Shown here piece after piece: positions 60,171 through 64,000 of a stretch of 64,000 nucleotides of DNA (the stretch's first letter is position 1; the number at the start of each line of letters is the position of its first letter). The notes below the pieces were generated by a model, which had not been told where the DNA came from, searched no databases, and saw only the letters and a list, made by a program, of their open reading frames with translations. The translations under genes were made by a program, and so were the position numbers. The stretch spans positions 512,001 through 576,000 of the forward strand of contig OY970296.1 of NCBI GenBank assembly GCA_963716175.1, written 5' to 3'. This DNA comes from an uncultured Armatimonadetes bacterium. GTDB lineage: Bacteria; Armatimonadota; Hebobacteria; Hebobacterales; Hebobacteraceae.

Positions 60171-60587
60171 TCAGGCCAAAGCGCGTCCGGTCGTCGTGCA
60201 CACCAGCTTGCCGTGCTTCACCCCTCGGGTGCTGATCAGGCGGTCGGCAATGGCCTGCACCTGCCGCGCCAGGCCCTTGACCACAATCACCTCGAGGCAG
60301 TTGTGCTCGTCCAGATGCACGTGGGTGGAGCAGCAGATCTCGGCGTGGTAATGGTGCTGAAGCTCGGTCAAGGCCTGCGTTAGCTCCCGCGTAGCGTGGC
60401 CGTAGACGACCGTGATCGTCCCCACCACCGCCCCGGCATGGCCCTCCCATTCCCCCTCCACCAGGTAATCGCGGATGACATCTCTGATCGCCTCGGAACG
60501 GGTGCGGTATCCCTGCTTGCGCAGGCGCCTGTCGAAGGCCTCAACCAACTGCTGGGGGATGGAGACTCCGAAGCGCACGAGCGGCAT
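60171..60587 (-). CDS. nikR: Nickel-responsive regulator NikR
   Basis: RFGVSI, RSEAIRD, STHVHLDEHNCLEV. Confidence 0.93.
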   Translation of the reverse strand: MPLVRFGVSIPQQLVEAFDRRLRKQGYRTRSEAIRDVIRDYLVEGEWEGHAGAVVGTITVVYGHATRELTQALTELQHHYHAEICCSTHVHLDEHNCLEVIVVKGLARQVQAIADRLISTRGVKHGKLVCTTTGRALA

Positions 60588-60601
60588 GCCAATCACCTCG
60601 C

Positions 60602-60733
60602 CTAGAGCGCATTTCATAACCTACCTGCTGGCTGGCCGCACCACGCCCTCGCATGAAATGCGCCTGCCACGGCCTGACGTTGTGCAGTGCTGTTTCATAA
60701 CCTCCCCTGGGAAGGTTATGAAACAGCTTCTAG
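60602..60733. mobile_element. CTAG-bounded MITE-like two-hairpin element in the nikR 5' UTR
   Basis: Ends CTAG-AGCGCATTTCATAACCT and (reverse complement) CTAG-AAGCTGTTTCATAACCT; two internal inverted repeats. Confidence 0.5.
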
Positions 60734-60749
60734 TCAGCCGATGGAAGGC

Positions 60750-60778
60750 ATGCTAGTACGCCCCTCGCCGATTGTCAA
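60750..60778 (-). promoter_or_regulatory. Sigma70-type promoter for nikR
   Basis: Minus strand TTGACA-17 bp-TAGCAT. Confidence 0.55.
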
Positions 60779-61228
60779 ACTGATCACGGAAGCGGTGGCA
60801 CACAGACAAGGGGTGGGGTGAGAACGGCTAGGTCGCCCAAGGGCGACCGCACGATGCTCTCGCCCTCCTCCCTCAGGGGAGAGGTGAGAATCGAGAGAGG
60901 AGGGTCCTCCCTCCCCTCTCGGATTGCGCCAAGCCTCACGATATCCTCAAATAAGGCAGGCCTCCGCACGTCAGAGGGGGGGTTAGCGCGGAGGCCCTGT
61001 CTGCGATGGAGCGCTTGGCTCCATGGTAGGCGCAGACGCCTCTTGATTCCCCACGCGCCCGCGTTCCAAACCTGGCCCTCGGATCTTTTTGTGGGGACAC
61101 CTGCGCTGCCCCCCATCTTTCGCCTTTGGCAGGAGCGCCGCTCTGCACCTGGAAAACCCGGCTCCAGGACGGAATGCTCGCCGGCATGAGGGCCCTCGGC
61201 TCTTGTCGCCGCGCTGACGAGGCAGCAA

Positions 61229-61564
61229 GTGGAGATCCTGGTCAAGTCCGCTCTCGGCGGCCTGCTGATTGCGCTCCTGCTCAGCTTTGCCCGCCGCGGC
61301 AATTACATCGTCACCGGGCTGCTGGTCTCGGTTCCCGCGATTTCGCTCTACACCTGGTGGTGGGTGGGCAGAGAAGAGGGCTCGCAGGCCCTACGCACCG
61401 CGGTCCGCGCCGCCATGTGGAGCGCCATTCCCTGGGTGATCTACCTGTTCGTGGTCTACCTGCTGGCCGGCCGCCTTCCTCTTTGGATGGCCCTGCTCTG
61501 CGGCGTGGTGAGCTACCTGATCTTCGCCGCCATCTTCCTGGTGGTGCTCGAAGCTCGCGGCTAG
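61229..61564 (+). CDS. GlpM/YdgC family membrane protein
   Basis: LVKSALG...NYIVTGL...AMWSAIPWVIYL pattern; four TM helices. Confidence 0.7.
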   Translation: MEILVKSALGGLLIALLLSFARRGNYIVTGLLVSVPAISLYTWWWVGREEGSQALRTAVRAAMWSAIPWVIYLFVVYLLAGRLPLWMALLCGVVSYLIFAAIFLVVLEARG

Positions 61565-61637
61565 CCGACTGGCGGGTCGCGGTCCTGGCCTTCCCGCGCC
61601 CTGCCCAATCTGGTAAGCTAGCCCTGACCGCGCTGTC

Positions 61638-61726
61638 GCCGGAGTGGCGGAACTGGCAGACGCACGGGACTTAAAATCCCGCGGGCCGCGAGGCCCGTCC
61701 GGGTTCGAAACCCGGCTCCGGCACCA
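61638..61726 (+). tRNA. tRNA-Leu(UAA)
   Basis: GCCGGAG/CTCCGGC acceptor, anticodon loop CTTAAAA, long variable arm, GGTTCGAAA T-loop, encoded CCA. Confidence 0.95.
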
Positions 61727-61816
61727 CCTCACCCCGGGAGAGCGACACTCCCGGCGCCCCTCAAAACCCAACAGGGTTTTGCTTGCCGGGATGTAATAGG
61801 TGCGCGGGAGGCGACC

Positions 61817-63373
61817 ATGGAGACTATCCTGTCCGCCTTGGGACTCGCCATCGGCCTGCTCGCGGCCCTGTTTTCCTTCGTCGTCCCGGTGCTTTCCGCT
61901 CCCCCCACGCCTGCGGCGAAACGGCCCCGCATCAGCGGCGGCCTGTGGGTCGCGCTGGGCCTGGTGCTGGGGCTCTTCCTGCTCACTCTGCCGACCACAC
62001 CGCCCTTCTCGCCGGGGCAGCGATTGGGCTGGGGCTTTCTCATCGGCGGGGCGGCGGCGCTGATCGCGGCGCTGGCCTGCTGTCGCCTGGTGAACCCGGG
62101 GCGCGCCTACTGGCCCTATGCCTCCGGGGTCGCGCTATCCCTCGCACTCAGCGCGGTGTCGCTGGCGGTGCTCCTATTTCAGGGCGATCCTGGGGATGCG
62201 CTGATAGGATGCGCGCTCGGCTTCACGGTGGTGGCCGGTGTGTTGCGCACGGTCTACGGAACCAGTCGGGCCCCGGACCTGTTCCGCGGGCTAGAAGCAG
62301 GCGCCGTCTTGGCAGCCATGCTCGCGGCCTCCGTGAGTCTGGCCATCTTCCGTTTTGACCGAGTGAGCCAGCGCGGATGGTGGGCCTGCCCACTGGCGCT
62401 GGCAGCCTTCTGGCTCCTGGGGCAACTGATCTCTTACTCTGCCACCGCACGGAAATCCCTGCTGAGACACCCGGCCATCGCGCTCGCCATCTCGGCTGCC
62501 GTGTCGGCGATCCTTGCCGTCGTCCTGGGCAGCATGCTCGGCCTGCGGCTAGAGCCAGCCCGGCCTCTTCTCTGGCTCTTGCTCGCCGGGGTCTTCACTG
62601 CCGCCCTCATCATCTGGCTCACCACGACGGCACACCAGGAGCCCGCCGCCTGGCCCCTTTGGATTCAGGTGTCGGGCCTGGTGGTGCTTCTCACCATCTT
62701 CCTGCTGGTGGTGAGCTTCAAGCTCTTCACCGGCTTAGGCGCGGCGGTGGCGCTGCTGGCGGCCTGGGCAGTGGTGGCGCCTGCGCTGGCGATGGGAGGA
62801 ATGACCGCCCGCCTACCCCTCCAGGCCTTGATGATCGGCGCCAACTTCCTGCTGCTCCAGCTCTTTCTCGAGCGCGGGGGCACGTCGGCCGGGGAAGCGG
62901 AGATGGCCCTGCACTACACCCTGGTGGGTGTCGTGCTGGGGGTGCTGCTGCCGGCCGTCTACTCCTCGCTCCTGCTCCACCCAGGGGTGGCTCGCACCTT
63001 TGTGCTGGGCGTCCTGGGTGCTCTCTCCCCGCTGGTAGTGCTTGCCTTCTGGGGTCCGGACGCGATCCTGGGACTGCTGGTCGGGCTGGTGGCGCGGCAG
63101 GGAGTGGGTGTCGGCTTCGTGGCGCTGGGCGCGGCGAGCGAGAGATGGACTCCCTGGCAGGCGCCCACGGGCCTGCTCAGCCTGGGCATGGGCCTCGCCG
63201 CCGCCCAGTTCAGCCGGTCCTTCGCTTCTCTTTACCAGATACCGGTGCGCGACAAAGTCTATCTTGCTGGGGCCATTGGGCTGCTGCTGGTGCTCGCAGT
63301 CACCGCACTCTGGCTCGCTCGATTGCTGCGGCTGCGGCGGGGCGCCCCGGCCGATATCGGGGCTGAGATATGA
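61817..63373 (+). CDS. Polytopic membrane protein of unknown function
   Basis: 518-aa ORF with GGGAGG RBS and many TM segments. Confidence 0.7.
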   Translation: METILSALGLAIGLLAALFSFVVPVLSAPPTPAAKRPRISGGLWVALGLVLGLFLLTLPTTPPFSPGQRLGWGFLIGGAAALIAALACCRLVNPGRAYWPYASGVALSLALSAVSLAVLLFQGDPGDALIGCALGFTVVAGVLRTVYGTSRAPDLFRGLEAGAVLAAMLAASVSLAIFRFDRVSQRGWWACPLALAAFWLLGQLISYSATARKSLLRHPAIALAISAAVSAILAVVLGSMLGLRLEPARPLLWLLLAGVFTAALIIWLTTTAHQEPAAWPLWIQVSGLVVLLTIFLLVVSFKLFTGLGAAVALLAAWAVVAPALAMGGMTARLPLQALMIGANFLLLQLFLERGGTSAGEAEMALHYTLVGVVLGVLLPAVYSSLLLHPGVARTFVLGVLGALSPLVVLAFWGPDAILGLLVGLVARQGVGVGFVALGAASERWTPWQAPTGLLSLGMGLAAAQFSRSFASLYQIPVRDKVYLAGAIGLLLVLAVTALWLARLLRLRRGAPADIGAEI

Positions 63374-64000
63374 AGCGCTCTCAGGGGCCCCTCTTGGCGT
63401 CCTGCCTGGCCGGCCTGTGGCTGGTCGGGATCATCGCCTATCTCGCCCAGCAGGAAGTGCCAAGGGGAGGGCTGCAAGGCAATGCGGTGGCCGAGGAGAG
63501 TGGAGAGCCGCTGCCTGGCGCGGTCATCCACCTGTCCCGGTCCAGCGGCGCGCCCACTACTGAGAGCACAGAGTTCACTTTCCGCACCCGCGGCGACGGA
63601 AGCTTCAGGATCAGGCGCATCCCGGCGGGCGGCTATCGGCTGGAGGCCTCTTCCCGCGCCCACAAGCTGGGACCGGTCTCTCTAACCGTAGAAGAGGGTA
63701 GAGCGCGTCCAGTCACGCTGGAACTGTCCCCGATCCCATCGTTTCTCCATCTCAGCATTTCCCAGCACACGGTGACTCCGGATGAGATGCCCCAGGTGCT
63801 GGTCCGGGGCTTCGTGCAAAGCCAGGCGCTCGACTTCCGATGCTACCGGATTGACCCGGCGGCTCTTTTCGAGCGGGCACGCGGCAACCTGAGGTCACTG
63901 CTGCCGGCCGCCGAGCCGTCAGTTCCATCGCTGGATTCTGCTCCCGCGCTCACGCCGGCTGCTCAGCTCTCGGCGCCCCTTACCCGGCGCGACCCGGAGG
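63370..64000 (+). CDS. Membrane-anchored protein with carboxypeptidase-regulatory-like domain, possibly alpha-2-macroglobulin family (3' end outside window)
   Basis: ATGA overlap; MKRSQGPLLASCLAGLWLVG...GEPLPGAVI...DGSFRIRRIPAGGYRLEAS; frame open to window end. Confidence 0.6.
   Translation, partial: MKRSQGPLLASCLAGLWLVGIIAYLAQQEVPRGGLQGNAVAEESGEPLPGAVIHLSRSSGAPTTESTEFTFRTRGDGSFRIRRIPAGGYRLEASSRAHKLGPVSLTVEEGRARPVTLELSPIPSFLHLSISQHTVTPDEMPQVLVRGFVQSQALDFRCYRIDPAALFERARGNLRSLLPAAEPSVPSLDSAPALTPAAQLSAPLTRRDPE

Noticed and set aside
61638-61726. tRNA-Leu(UAA) as a bldA-like regulatory tRNA or integration site
   Set aside because: In-frame TTA codons occur in ordinary genes here (ychF, hppA, rimI); no integrase or duplicated tRNA 3' end was seen.

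Overview
GC-rich bacterial chromosomal segment, mostly housekeeping and metabolic genes. The DUF1559/H-X9-DG prepilin, two Gfo/Idh/MocA oxidoreductases and the UroD-family and DUF4091 proteins suggest Armatimonadota or a similar lineage (inference). Recognisable genes: rmuC (partial), ychF, galT-like, a GAF-PAS histidine kinase, dCMP deaminase, tagO/wecA-like, wecB, a TrkA pair, a PPi-type pfk-fba-hppA cluster, rlmN, tsaE-tsaB-rimI, tsaD, FTR-like plus thioredoxin-like, hypB-hypA, 2-oxoacid:ferredoxin oxidoreductase, a sigma factor, ctpA, hxlB, glgA-GH15-GH57, rpsT, nikR and tRNA-Leu(UAA). Several genes carry small frameshifts that look like sequencing errors. No CRISPR array, prophage or transposase was seen. 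The most notable unexplained features are: a ~235-nt multi-stem, possibly pseudoknotted RNA candidate before galT; a 6S-like rod RNA candidate before a compact sigma factor; a K+ channel-RCK-V4R fusion; two secreted paralogues with long RGG inserts; a HypA lacking its zinc finger beside an archaeal-like HypB; and several small palindromic repeat families. RNA structures were paired by eye and not computed.
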